Assembly (NCBI GenBank): GCA_964404925.1
Contig: CAYOLW010000002.1
Span: 38,995 to 102,994, forward strand
Length of the DNA stretch: 64,000 nt
Reading direction: 5' to 3'
Source: an uncultured Candidatus Saccharibacteria bacterium
GTDB taxonomy: Bacteria > Patescibacteriota > Minisyncoccia > Phycocordibacterales > UBA9973
Shown in pieces: positions 1 to 9,367 of the stretch. Numbering within the stretch: the stretch's first letter is position 1; the number at the start of each line of letters is the position of its first letter. The notes under the pieces are model-generated. The model did not search any database and had not been told where the DNA came from. It was given only the letters and a program-made list of their open reading frames with translations. Position numbers and translations under genes: made by a program.

Positions 1-96
1 TGGATTAAAAAAACCTGAGTCTTCCCACAGTTTATAAATCCTGTCCTCTGTGGCCTTGGCATCATAGGGCTTGAGGAATTTTTCATTGATTTCCAT
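1..96 (-). CDS. valS: valyl-tRNA synthetase, N-terminal fragment; the gene continues beyond the window start
   Basis: Minus-strand ATG at 94-96 opens MEINEKFLKPYDAKATEDRIYKLWEDSGFFNP, a typical ValS N-terminus, and the frame stays open to position 1. Confidence 0.6.
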   Translation of the reverse strand, partial: MEINEKFLKPYDAKATEDRIYKLWEDSGFFNP

Positions 97-149
97 GGTT
101 AAAATATATCATTTTTTATATGATAATTGAAGTATTTGTTATTTTTTAG

Positions 150-222
150 TGCGCGGTATAGGATTCGAACCTATGGCCTTGTCTACGTCAAAGACACGCT
201 CTACCAACTGAGCTAACCGCGC
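150..222 (-). tRNA. tRNA-Val (anticodon GAC)
   Basis: Reverse complement GCGCGGTTAGCTCAGTTGGTAGAGC...GGTTCGAATCC...ACCGCGCA folds as a cloverleaf with 7-nt anticodon loop TTGACGT. Discriminator A, no encoded CCA. Confidence 0.8.
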
Positions 223-247
223 AAAGACGGATTAATCCCGTCTTTTG
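223..247. other. hairpin between the gdhA stop and tRNA-Val (AAGACGG-attaatc-CCGTCTT); possible terminator or processing structure
   Basis: 7 bp perfect stem with 7-nt loop read directly. It is followed by TTTTG only on the plus strand, so its role as a terminator for the minus-strand genes is uncertain. Confidence 0.35.
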
Positions 248-250
248 ATA

Positions 251-1471
251 TTACATGCTTTCTTGTATTCTATCAAGCGCTAGTAGGAATGCCGCAGTAC
301 GCAGATCTGTATTGTTATCTTTTGCGAGTTTCCATATTTTCTGCGCAGAGTCAGAAAGTATAGGGTTTAATTTATCGAAAACTTCTTTTTCACTCCAATG
401 CTCGCCTTTTAAATTTTGTTCCCATTCAAAGGTCGATACTGTTACTCCACCAGAGTTAGCCAAAACATCTGGAATTACAGATATGCCCATTTTGTTTAAG
501 GTTTCATCAGCGTGCGGGGTGACCGGTCCGTTAGCCAGCTCGAGTATTACTTTGGCTTGGACTTTCTCGGCATTTTCTTCACCAATTTGATTCTCGAAAG
601 CAGCCGGGATTAAAAGGTCGCAGGGTAGGGTAAGTAGCTCTTCGTTTGTAATATTTTCTCCACCCGGGAATCCAGCCAACATGCCTGTTTCTTGCTTGAA
701 CTTAGCAGCTGCCTCGATGTCTAAACCTTCTTTGTTATAGGTACCGCTTTTGGAATCAGATACGGCTAATATGCGGTGCCCAGCATTTTGCCAAATTTTG
801 GCTGCGTACATTCCGGCATTGCCGAATCCTTGGATAACTACATCGCATTTTTCTGGGAGTCCGATTTGTTCTCGGAGTGCTTCAAAGACAAAGAATCCTC
901 CTTGGGCTGTAGCGCTGCCTCGGCCTTCAGATCCACCACCACCTAGAGGCTTACCAGTAATCACAGCACCTGTTTTGTCACCAGTTATTTTTTCAAATTC
1001 ATCTGCCATCCAAGACATTATTTCCGGAGTAGTGTTTACGTCTGGTGCAGGGACGTCTTTTTTAGGACCTAGTACTTCATATAGACCTTGTATCCAACCC
1101 CTCGATAATTTCTCTAGTTCATGTTTTGAAAGTTCTTTTGGGTTAACAGTTATACCGCCCTTGCCTCCACCCATGGGTATGCCTGCAACTGCACATTTGA
1201 TAGTCATCCAAAAAGCGAGTGCTTTTACTTCATCAATATTAGTTTCGTGGTGATATCGAATTCCGCCTTTGTATGGTCCGCGCACGTTGTTGTACTGAAC
1301 TCTATAACCTTCAAATATTTTAGTACCCCCATCATCCATGAGGACAGGTATAGCAATCCTTAACTCACGATTAGGCTGACGCAAGCGTGCTAAAAACTCA
1401 CTACTATAATTCTTGATCTTGGCAACTTTATCGAGTTGCTCCATAGCATTATGGAAAGGATTTTCGTTCAT
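251..1471 (-). CDS. gdhA: NAD(P)-specific glutamate dehydrogenase
   Basis: 406 aa with Glu/Leu/Phe/Val dehydrogenase hallmarks: KGGIRYH, GIPMGGGKGG, and Rossmann motif GFGNAG. Confidence 0.9.
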   Translation of the reverse strand: MNENPFHNAMEQLDKVAKIKNYSSEFLARLRQPNRELRIAIPVLMDDGGTKIFEGYRVQYNNVRGPYKGGIRYHHETNIDEVKALAFWMTIKCAVAGIPMGGGKGGITVNPKELSKHELEKLSRGWIQGLYEVLGPKKDVPAPDVNTTPEIMSWMADEFEKITGDKTGAVITGKPLGGGGSEGRGSATAQGGFFVFEALREQIGLPEKCDVVIQGFGNAGMYAAKIWQNAGHRILAVSDSKSGTYNKEGLDIEAAAKFKQETGMLAGFPGGENITNEELLTLPCDLLIPAAFENQIGEENAEKVQAKVILELANGPVTPHADETLNKMGISVIPDVLANSGGVTVSTFEWEQNLKGEHWSEKEVFDKLNPILSDSAQKIWKLAKDNNTDLRTAAFLLALDRIQESM

Positions 1472-1557
1472 AATTATATTGCCTCGTATTTAAAGCGAGA
1501 CTATTACTTTTTATAACGAGGTTATTATATACCTACACTAGAGAGTAAACAATAATT

Positions 1558-2316
1558 TCAAATTAGGTCTTCGAGCACGGCTAATTCTTCTTTGGTATTT
1601 GGTTGTAGCCCTTCTAATACACTGGCAACGGGTACTGCCAATACTGTTTTATTTTGTTCAAAAGCAGCATGGATTAAATCTGTTAGGTAGTATTCTTGCT
1701 GGGCATTTTCATTCCTTATTTTTTCAATATTTTGCCACAGCCATTTTGCATCAAAGGCATAAATTGCTGGATTTACTTCGGTAATGTTTTTTTCTTCATC
1801 GGTGGCGTCTTTGTATTCAACAATTTTCTCAACTTTGCCATCTGTGTCGCGGACTATTCTGCCAAAATGTAGCATACCACTACGCCACTCGTTAAAATCT
1901 GGTAGTTTGACTGTACCTAAAGTTATCGTAGCGTTTTTGCCGGTGTGTTCGTCTACTATATTGGATATAGTCTCGGTTGAGATTAGGGGTTGATCCGTTG
2001 ATAGTACCAGTATGGTATGATGTGTGTCGTTGGTTAAGTCTTGGGCTGATTTTACTGCGTGGCCAGTACCTAATTGTTCTTGTTGTACTGCATAAATAAA
2101 GTCTGAACCTATTCTATCCATTACTTCTTCTTTTTTATGTCCGACAACTATTATGGGTTTGTGCACCAAATCAAGCCTCTGTAGCGTATCTAAAATATGC
2201 CTAAGGAAAGGTTTGTTTTTTAATTCGGCCAAGGCTTTCGGCGTGTCGCCGCCCATCCTTTTGCTTTTACCAGCAGCTAGGACTATGATTTGAAGATTGT
2301 TGGTATTTACGGTCAT
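1558..2316 (-). CDS. sugar-nucleotide pyrophosphorylase, GlmU N-terminal uridylyltransferase domain only (no left-handed beta-helix acetyltransferase part)
   Basis: LAAGKSKRMGGDTPK and LGTGHAV motifs match the GlmU/nucleotidyltransferase fold. At 252 aa it lacks the hexapeptide-repeat domain. Confidence 0.7.
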   Translation of the reverse strand: MTVNTNNLQIIVLAAGKSKRMGGDTPKALAELKNKPFLRHILDTLQRLDLVHKPIIVVGHKKEEVMDRIGSDFIYAVQQEQLGTGHAVKSAQDLTNDTHHTILVLSTDQPLISTETISNIVDEHTGKNATITLGTVKLPDFNEWRSGMLHFGRIVRDTDGKVEKIVEYKDATDEEKNITEVNPAIYAFDAKWLWQNIEKIRNENAQQEYYLTDLIHAAFEQNKTVLAVPVASVLEGLQPNTKEELAVLEDLI

Positions 2317-2352
2317 GATATTAAGGTACCATTTTTAAATAAAAAATAAAGC

Positions 2353-2922
2353 ATGGAAGAACATAATGATTTAGAAATAATAGAAGAGCACATTGCAGGT
2401 AATGAAAAAGCCTTTGCTGTATTGGTGAATAGGTACTTCAAAATAGTCTATCGTTATTCATTGTCTTGGCAAAAGGACTCTACCTTAGCCGAAGATGCTA
2501 CTCAAGAAACCTTTCTAAAGGTCTGGAAAAAGTTAAATACATTTGACACTGCAGGTTCTTTCAAATCTTGGATATTACGTATAACGAGAAATACTAATAT
2601 TGATATTTTACGTAAAAAGAAATCTTTCAATTTTACCGAGCTTGGTGTTAATGATGAAGATAACTTCGTTGAATCAATAGAGAGTACAGATCCGTTGCCA
2701 GATGAGGTTTTTGCCCATATAGAGGACAAAGAAGTTTTGCGTTCAATGTTGGAAAATTTATCCCTTCAAGAAAGGGAAGTTATTAGGCTGCGTTACGGTG
2801 AGGATATGTCCTTTGAAGAAATTGCTAATGTTCTAGATAAGAATCTAAACACAGTAAAGAGTTTAAATAGGAGAGGCTTGCTAAAGCTTCGGGAGCTTAA
2901 GGTGCAACTTAATTATAATTAA
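2353..2922 (+). CDS. ECF-type sigma-70 family RNA polymerase sigma factor
   Basis: 189 aa. Region 2 reads ATQETFLKVWKK...FKSWILRITRN; region 4 HTH reads MSFEEIANVLDKNLNTVKSLNRRG. Confidence 0.8.
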   Translation: MEEHNDLEIIEEHIAGNEKAFAVLVNRYFKIVYRYSLSWQKDSTLAEDATQETFLKVWKKLNTFDTAGSFKSWILRITRNTNIDILRKKKSFNFTELGVNDEDNFVESIESTDPLPDEVFAHIEDKEVLRSMLENLSLQEREVIRLRYGEDMSFEEIANVLDKNLNTVKSLNRRGLLKLRELKVQLNYN

Positions 2923-2935
2923 CTTCGTATATTTA

Positions 2936-3328
2936 TTGGTTATGAATTCAAAATACAACAACTTGTTTAATACCGAACCTAGAGAGGGCTTAGCTACCGA
3001 TATTTTGGCCTATGTTAGAAAGTCAGAGCAGAGAAGTGCCAAGGCTCGCTTTTTTGGCTTGGCTTTTTTGTCTTTGATTTTGTTCGGTGTTTTATCAATG
3101 GCGGCTATTTATCTATGGGGTGAAATGCAGACAACTGGTTTTATAGATTATTTTAGATTATTACTTGGTGGAGCAATAAGTAATTTCTGGGTAGAACTTA
3201 CTTTAGCATTACTTGAATCCTTGCCAGCATTTTATTTATTACTTTTCTTTTCAGTCTTAGTTTCTTTAATCAGTTCTATTAGGTTTACTTTACGTAATTA
3301 TTATTTAACCAGAATATCATTTAGCTAA
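2936..3328 (+). CDS. membrane protein, possible anti-sigma factor (assigned by position only)
   Basis: 130 aa with several hydrophobic helices, immediately downstream of the ECF sigma gene. No recognisable motif. Confidence 0.4.
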   Translation: MVMNSKYNNLFNTEPREGLATDILAYVRKSEQRSAKARFFGLAFLSLILFGVLSMAAIYLWGEMQTTGFIDYFRLLLGGAISNFWVELTLALLESLPAFYLLLFFSVLVSLISSIRFTLRNYYLTRISFS

Positions 3329-3329
3329 T

Positions 3330-3788
3330 ATGCAAGAAATAAAAAATAGTATTAAAAAGGTTTTACAGTCTAAATTATGGCACCATGCTATAACAGGTGT
3401 TTTTTGTTTACTCATATTAATAATAGTTTTCCAAGTTGGAGTGTTGGTGGGTATGCGCAAGGGTAATTTTGCCGGTAGATATGCAGATAATTATTATGAT
3501 AATTTTGGAACACGTGGAATGATGCATCCGAATAATTTACCGAATGCTCACGGTACTGTAGGGCGAATACTCAGTATAGATTTACCAGAGATTGTTGTTT
3601 CTGATAGAGATCAAGTAGAAAAGGTAATTGTAACAAACGAAGAGACTATGGTTAAACACGCTCGGGATAGCATTAAATTGGAAGATTTAAAAGTTGATGA
3701 TTTTGTGATAGTTATTGGTATGCCTGGAGAGGATGGAAAAATAACTGCTAAATTTATTCGCCACATGCCCAAACCTTTCAATAAATAA
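3330..3788 (+). CDS. membrane-anchored hypothetical protein
   Basis: 152 aa with one N-terminal TM helix, start coupled to the stop of the upstream gene; product unknown. Confidence 0.45.
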   Translation: MQEIKNSIKKVLQSKLWHHAITGVFCLLILIIVFQVGVLVGMRKGNFAGRYADNYYDNFGTRGMMHPNNLPNAHGTVGRILSIDLPEIVVSDRDQVEKVIVTNEETMVKHARDSIKLEDLKVDDFVIVIGMPGEDGKITAKFIRHMPKPFNK

Positions 3789-3797
3789 TACTTATAC

Positions 3798-5441
3798 ATG
3801 AAAAACATACTAGAAAAAATAAAAATTTTTGTTCGTGCTCATAAAATATGGTCAATTGTTATTTTGATAATTATTGTCTTCTTGGGTTATAAACTTTACG
3901 GACAAATTGCTGGAGATACGAGTGCGAATAAATACGTACTAGGTGCTGTACAAAAGGGAACAATAGTTGCTTCTGTTTCTGCTAGCGGTCAGGTTGAGTC
4001 TGGAGACCAGATAGATCTCAAAGCTAAGGTAACAAGTGATGTTCGTTATATTGGAGTAAAAGCTGGTGCCAGTGTACGCCGAGGACAAACGTTGTTTAGT
4101 TTTGATGCTAGAGATGCACAGAAGTCTGTCCGCGATGCTGAGACCAACCTAGAAACAGCTAAACTGGAATTAGAGAAACTAAGAGAAATACCAGATGATA
4201 TAGACGTGTTATCTATTAAACAAGCTATCAAGGACGCCGAAACAGATAAAACCGATGCTGCAGATGATGTATCGGCAGCTTGGCGTAAACTTCTTAATAC
4301 TTCTGTAGTGGCTGATCCAGTAAATGCCAACAGCAGTTATACTGCGCCCACCGTTACGGGAACATATATCTTGGATAAAGAGATGGATATAAATATTAAT
4401 GTATACCAAACAGGCGAGGGTGCGTATTATAATGCATATAGTACTCCTTCTGGAGTGTTCACTTTCTCTGGTCAGGTTTCTACCTCTGTGGCACAGGTGC
4501 TAGGTAATACTGGTTTGTATATAAAGTTCTCAAGCAGTAGTGCCAGTCAGCCTGCTTGGATAATAAGTCTACCGAATAAATCCGTTACAGCTTATGAGAC
4601 TAATTTAAAAAGTTATCAAGATACCTTAGACGAACAGAAAAAAGTAGATGATGCTTCTGCCTTAACCATAGCCCAAAAGAATCAAGAATTAGATGAGCTA
4701 TACAGTCCAGACCCGCTTGATGTCCGTACCAAGGAATTAGCTATTAAAAAAGCAGAAGACGATCTCACGGATGCTAAAGCCAAATTATCTGATTATTATG
4801 TATATGCACCATTTGATGGAGTGATGGCTAATATTGATGCCAAGGTAGGTGAATCACCATCCAGTCCTTTGGGTTCTATTATTACGAACAACAAAGTAGC
4901 TGTGCTTTCAATGAATGAAGTTGACGTAGCAAAAATTAATTTAGGTCAATCAGCCACCATGACTTTTGATGCAATTGATGGATTGTCTCTGACTGGTAGA
5001 GTTGTAGAAATCGATCAGCAAGGCACTGTGAGCCAAGGTGTTGTTTCTTATTCAGTGAAGATTGCTTTCGATACAGATGATGCCCAAATAAAACCGGGTA
5101 TGAGTGTCGAGGCTGCAATAATTACTGAATCAAAAACTGATGTATTGTATATTCCAGCCAGTGCTATTAAAACGCGCAACAACACGAGCTATGTTGAAGT
5201 TTTTGAACCCGCATTAACAGTAACTGAGGCTGAATCTATTGCTGGCATAGAATCTGAAGAAAAACCTGTGCAGATTGATGTTGTGGTAGGTATTACTGAT
5301 GACACTAATACGGAAATAATTTCTGGTTTGTCCGAAGGACAACAAATAGTAACAAGAACTGTCTCAGCTACTGCTGCTAAAACCACCACTGCGCCGAGTC
5401 TGATTGGAGGCAGCAGCAGTCGTGGTCTCGGTGGAAGATAA
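3798..5441 (+). CDS. HlyD/MacA-like periplasmic adaptor subunit of an ABC efflux system
   Basis: 547 aa: N-terminal TM anchor, a long coiled-coil/lipoyl-like region, and a beta-barrel-like C-terminus. Directly followed by ABC ATPase and FtsX-type permease genes. Confidence 0.7.
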   Translation: MKNILEKIKIFVRAHKIWSIVILIIIVFLGYKLYGQIAGDTSANKYVLGAVQKGTIVASVSASGQVESGDQIDLKAKVTSDVRYIGVKAGASVRRGQTLFSFDARDAQKSVRDAETNLETAKLELEKLREIPDDIDVLSIKQAIKDAETDKTDAADDVSAAWRKLLNTSVVADPVNANSSYTAPTVTGTYILDKEMDININVYQTGEGAYYNAYSTPSGVFTFSGQVSTSVAQVLGNTGLYIKFSSSSASQPAWIISLPNKSVTAYETNLKSYQDTLDEQKKVDDASALTIAQKNQELDELYSPDPLDVRTKELAIKKAEDDLTDAKAKLSDYYVYAPFDGVMANIDAKVGESPSSPLGSIITNNKVAVLSMNEVDVAKINLGQSATMTFDAIDGLSLTGRVVEIDQQGTVSQGVVSYSVKIAFDTDDAQIKPGMSVEAAIITESKTDVLYIPASAIKTRNNTSYVEVFEPALTVTEAESIAGIESEEKPVQIDVVVGITDDTNTEIISGLSEGQQIVTRTVSATAAKTTTAPSLIGGSSSRGLGGR

Positions 5442-5445
5442 TCCA

Positions 5446-6129
5446 ATGATAGAAATAAAAAATATAAATAAAACATACGGCAGTGGGGAATCTGCTTTTC
5501 AAGCATTAAAGGGTGTAAGTTTTAAAATTGAAGATGGTGAATTTGTAGCCATTATGGGTCCTTCTGGTTCAGGTAAAAGCACATTGATGCATATACTTGG
5601 AGCATTGGATACTCCGACTTCGGGGACTTATTTATTAGACGGGAAAGATGTGTCTACCATGTCTGAAGACGAACTAGCAGATATCAGACGAGAGAAAATT
5701 GGCTTTGTATTTCAATCTTTTAACCTTCTACCTCGTACAACGGTACTGCGCAATGTAGCCTTGCCGTTAGTCTATGAAGGAGTAGATGAGAAAGAAAGAA
5801 ACACTCGCGCTCGCGATGCGCTTGCCTCCGCTGGACTTAGCGAAGAATATTTCTCCCATCTTTCTAATCAATTATCTGGTGGGCAGATTCAGCGTGTGGC
5901 TATCGCTCGCGCCCTTGTGAACAACCCATCCATTGTATTGGCAGATGAGCCAACAGGTAACCTAGATTCAAAGACTGGTGAAATAGTGTTGGGTACTTTC
6001 GAAAAATTAAATCGACAATTTAAAAGAACAATTGTGCTGATTACTCACGAGCAGGATGTGGCCCTGCATGCGGACAGAATTATCTTTATCAAAGACGGAG
6101 CTGTACTAAGCGATAAAAAAATAAAATGA
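5446..6129 (+). CDS. ABC transporter ATP-binding protein, MacB/LolD/FtsE family
   Basis: Walker A GPSGSGKST, signature LSGGQIQR, Walker B LADEPTGNLD. I placed the start at the internal Met (MIEIKNINKTYG); the longer frame overlaps the upstream gene. Confidence 0.85.
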   Translation: MIEIKNINKTYGSGESAFQALKGVSFKIEDGEFVAIMGPSGSGKSTLMHILGALDTPTSGTYLLDGKDVSTMSEDELADIRREKIGFVFQSFNLLPRTTVLRNVALPLVYEGVDEKERNTRARDALASAGLSEEYFSHLSNQLSGGQIQRVAIARALVNNPSIVLADEPTGNLDSKTGEIVLGTFEKLNRQFKRTIVLITHEQDVALHADRIIFIKDGAVLSDKKIK

Positions 6130-7349
6130 GAACTATCGATATTTTAGAAGAAACATATAGTGCGCTTTTTTCCAACAAGGTCCGATCTGGGTTGACCATG
6201 CTCGGTATTGTTATTGGTATTAGTTCAGTGATTGCTATGACGGCTATCGGAGGTGGGGCACAGAAATCAATCGAAGCCAATATCCAGTCGATTGGTGCGA
6301 ACCTTATTACTGTGTATCCCGGTGCGCAGAGGGGTCCTGGTGTGCAGGTTTCAGGTGGACGAGGCTCAGCCAAAACATTGACCCTAAAAGACGCCGAATC
6401 AATCCAAAGTGAAGTATCTGGGGTCAAGGCTGTGTCACCAGAAGTCCAAGGCCGGTACCAAATCACCGCCAAGGGAACCAATACTAATACTAGTGTTATT
6501 GGAGTTACTGCTGCATATGCAGAAGTACACAATGTTGAAATTGAAGAAGGTAATTTTGTTAGTGATTCACAGGCACAGAATGGATCCAAAGTTGCCGTTA
6601 TTGGTCCCTCGGTGCGGGATGATTTGTTTGGTGAAGGTGCATTTGCTATGGGGCAAGTTATAAAAATAAAGGGTTCTCAGTTTAAAGTTGTCGGTATAAC
6701 TAAATCAAAAGGAGGTACTGGATTTAATAATCAGGACGATATGATTTTTGTACCATTGGCTACTGCGCAGCGATATTTCGCAGGAGATGAATATTTGAAC
6801 TCTATTGGTGTATCAGCCGAAGATTCTGAAGTGTCTAGTGCTGTACAGGCAGACATAACTACACTTCTATTAGACAGACATAATATTTCTGATGCAGCTT
6901 TGGCCGACTTTTCAACCTTGAATCAGGCAGATATTATTGCAACAGCCTCGACCATTACCGGTACATTAACTATCTTGCTTGCAGCTATTGCAGGTATCTC
7001 ACTAGTGGTGGGTGGCATCGGTATTATGAATATGATGTTAACCACCGTTACCGAGCGTACTCGCGAGATTGGTCTGCGTAAAGCCATCGGCGCCAAGAGG
7101 AGAGATATCAGTCGGCAATTTTTATATGAAGCTATGGCATTAACCATCGTGGGTGGAACTGTAGGGATATTGCTTGGGTGGGGGATATCGCTTGCTATTA
7201 CTCAGCTTGGAATTATTGCCACTGAAGTATCAATAAAATCTGTTTTGTTGTCTTTTGGAGTGTCAGCTACAATTGGTATTGTATTTGGATATTATCCAGC
7301 TAAAAAAGCTGCAAAGTTAAATCCAATAGATGCGCTACGGTATGAATAA
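6126..7349 (+). CDS. ABC transporter permease, MacB/FtsX family
   Basis: 407 aa with an N-terminal TM helix, a large periplasmic domain, and a C-terminal FtsX-like 3-TM bundle (ERTREIGLRKAIGA). Confidence 0.85.
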   Translation: MRTIDILEETYSALFSNKVRSGLTMLGIVIGISSVIAMTAIGGGAQKSIEANIQSIGANLITVYPGAQRGPGVQVSGGRGSAKTLTLKDAESIQSEVSGVKAVSPEVQGRYQITAKGTNTNTSVIGVTAAYAEVHNVEIEEGNFVSDSQAQNGSKVAVIGPSVRDDLFGEGAFAMGQVIKIKGSQFKVVGITKSKGGTGFNNQDDMIFVPLATAQRYFAGDEYLNSIGVSAEDSEVSSAVQADITTLLLDRHNISDAALADFSTLNQADIIATASTITGTLTILLAAIAGISLVVGGIGIMNMMLTTVTERTREIGLRKAIGAKRRDISRQFLYEAMALTIVGGTVGILLGWGISLAITQLGIIATEVSIKSVLLSFGVSATIGIVFGYYPAKKAAKLNPIDALRYE

Positions 7350-7377
7350 ATATTATTAATATTAAAAATAAAATTAT

Positions 7378-7818
7378 ATGAACAAAAAATATATTGGTTT
7401 GCTGGTAGCTATAGTATTGGTGGTAGGTGGAGGATCGTTCTGGAGTGGTTATGCTTATGGTCAATCTAAAACAAAATCCGGATTCCCCGGTGGAGCAGGG
7501 AGTATGTCTGGCCGGAATTTCGGTGGTGCAAATGGTGGCCCCTCTCAGCCTCGCAACAGATCCGGTCTGGGCGGATTTATCTCTGGTGAAGTTTTGTCAA
7601 AAGATGAAAAAAGCTTAACTATTAAATTACAAGATGGTGGTTCCAGAATTGTGCTCATTGGTGGCGAGACTAAAGTTTCTAAATCAGCTGAGGGCAGTAT
7701 AGCTGATGTGTCTATTGGTGGGGCAGTGATGGTATCCGGTAAAGCAAATCCAGACGGTAGCCTGACGGCTGAGACAGTGCAATTGCGCCCAAACATGCCT
7801 CGTAGAGAAGTGCAATAG
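7378..7818 (+). CDS. Gly-rich secreted/membrane-anchored hypothetical protein
   Basis: Signal-anchor MNKKYIGLLVAIVLVVGGG followed by a Gly/Ser-rich low-complexity region. Confidence 0.5.
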   Translation: MNKKYIGLLVAIVLVVGGGSFWSGYAYGQSKTKSGFPGGAGSMSGRNFGGANGGPSQPRNRSGLGGFISGEVLSKDEKSLTIKLQDGGSRIVLIGGETKVSKSAEGSIADVSIGGAVMVSGKANPDGSLTAETVQLRPNMPRREVQ

Positions 7819-7844
7819 ATATTGATATTACAAAATATAAAAAA

Positions 7845-7869
7845 TAAAAAGCCCCGAGAGGGCTTTTTA
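7845..7869. terminator. bidirectional rho-independent terminator
   Basis: AAAAGCCC-cgaga-GGGCTTTTT hairpin, with an A-run on one side and a T-run on the other, sitting between convergent genes. Confidence 0.7.
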
Positions 7870-8316
7870 TAATTCTAGTTCTAGCATGACTGCTGTGTAG
7901 AGGATTTTGTCGTTTTTTTGTACGTCGGCGACCATATAGCCACGCTTTAATTTAAGCCTCAGCATTCGGTCGGAAACATTGTAGACTTTGGATAGCATTT
8001 TCTTGAATCCATTTTTCCTGGCATAATCCTCGGCCAGGTCCATTAATTCGGTGGCAATCCGATGGCCCCTGTATTCAGGTAATACTCCTAGAATCCAACT
8101 GTAGAAATATTCACCCTTGGGATAGCCTACGAAGTAACCGACTATTTGACCTTGGTCGAGCGCTACAAATACAGCAGATTCATCTACGCTCAAGCGTGAT
8201 TCGAATTCAGATAGCTCGTACGGCTTCCAGTCGTACACACCGTCAAATACTTTGAAATTAACTTCTGCTATTTCCGGCAACCTATCTAGCCCAACCTGTT
8301 TGAATTCTATGTCCAT
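7867..8316 (-). CDS. GNAT family N-acetyltransferase
   Basis: 149 aa; acetyl-CoA-binding region around GHRIATELMDLAEDYARKNG. Confidence 0.7.
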   Translation of the reverse strand: MDIEFKQVGLDRLPEIAEVNFKVFDGVYDWKPYELSEFESRLSVDESAVFVALDQGQIVGYFVGYPKGEYFYSWILGVLPEYRGHRIATELMDLAEDYARKNGFKKMLSKVYNVSDRMLRLKLKRGYMVADVQKNDKILYTAVMLELEL

Positions 8317-8346
8317 AAAATTATTATAACAAACAATTTTAAATCA

Positions 8347-8544
8347 TTATAAACCGCTCAATCCTCCAATATAGCTACTCATAAAGAAGGGAACAGCAAA
8401 CACCAGTCCTATTATGGGTAATACAACTGTGAATATCGTAATCCAAAAAATCATTTTGAAATAGCGCCTGATCTTCTCTACAGATTTATATATGGCATCT
8501 ATCTTTTGTGCTTGTTCTTCAATCTTTTGTTCAAGTTTTTCCAT
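8347..8544 (-). CDS. small membrane protein, hypothetical
   Basis: 65 aa: N-terminal coiled-coil-like segment plus C-terminal TM helices. Confidence 0.35.
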   Translation of the reverse strand: MEKLEQKIEEQAQKIDAIYKSVEKIRRYFKMIFWITIFTVVLPIIGLVFAVPFFMSSYIGGLSGL

Positions 8545-8604
8545 ATTTAGATTATAACAAAAAACAAAATGCGCCGCTTCTTTTGGGGGAATCTGTGCTA
8601 AAAT

Positions 8605-8982
8605 TTGATTATGAAAAAGACAAAAATTGTTTATTTTGGATCTACGGTGCTGCTTTCACTCATGATGCTAGCAGCAGCGTTTATGGAGCTTTCTTTTAAT
8701 CCTGAAGCAGTGGCTACTATTACGGGGCTTGGATACCCGATGTATTTTATCACCATCATCGGCGTTGCCAAAATATTGGGCGTCATAGGCATCTGGCAGA
8801 AGCAGGTCGCATTTCTACGAGAGTGGGCCTATGCAGGATTCTTTATCGACTTTATTGGGGCGCTTGCCTCACACCTTGCGCATGGTGATGGTCCCGAGAA
8901 ATACGGCGCAGCCGTTTTTGCACTTGTTCTCGTAACTGCCTCATATTGGTCATACAGAAAACTCCAAGGGGTACAGGGATAA
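8605..8982 (+). CDS. DoxX-like family membrane protein
   Basis: 125 aa, 4 TM, with the glycine/aromatic pattern typical of DoxX. Confidence 0.6.
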   Translation: MIMKKTKIVYFGSTVLLSLMMLAAAFMELSFNPEAVATITGLGYPMYFITIIGVAKILGVIGIWQKQVAFLREWAYAGFFIDFIGALASHLAHGDGPEKYGAAVFALVLVTASYWSYRKLQGVQG

Positions 8983-8989
8983 AAGTTTT

Positions 8990-9187
8990 TTATTTATTTC
9001 TGTTTTTAAACCAGTAAAGAATCAAGAAAGTATTAAGAAATAATCCTATAATAAGAGTAAAGAATGATATATTCTCTGACAAAGCTAGGCGCCTTAAATC
9101 ACTTGAGTCAAAAACAAAAGGCATTAAAATCTTTAAATTTATAAAAGTATAAACAGCTAGAACGATAACATCTAAATTCTTTTTCAT
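8990..9187 (-). CDS. small membrane protein, hypothetical
   Basis: 65 aa with two hydrophobic helices; weak call. Confidence 0.3.
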   Translation of the reverse strand: MKKNLDVIVLAVYTFINLKILMPFVFDSSDLRRLALSENISFFTLIIGLFLNTFLILYWFKNRNK

Positions 9188-9222
9188 ACCTCTATTATAT
9201 ATAAAAAATTAACTTATTTGTT

Positions 9223-9258
9223 AAAAATAAAAACAGCAACTTTCGTTGCTGTTTTTAT
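9223..9258. terminator. bidirectional rho-independent terminator
   Basis: A-run, ACAGCAAC-tttc-GTTGCTGT, then T-run. Lies downstream of the minus-strand three-gene operon. Confidence 0.7.
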
Positions 9259-9367
9259 GCTGTGAGCGTTCAGCAGATAGAACCAAACTGATTCCTTGCA
9301 TTGTAAGCTCGGTTTTAATATTTCTATTAATTTACTTCAACCCTTCTTGTGCGTATAGATAATATGA

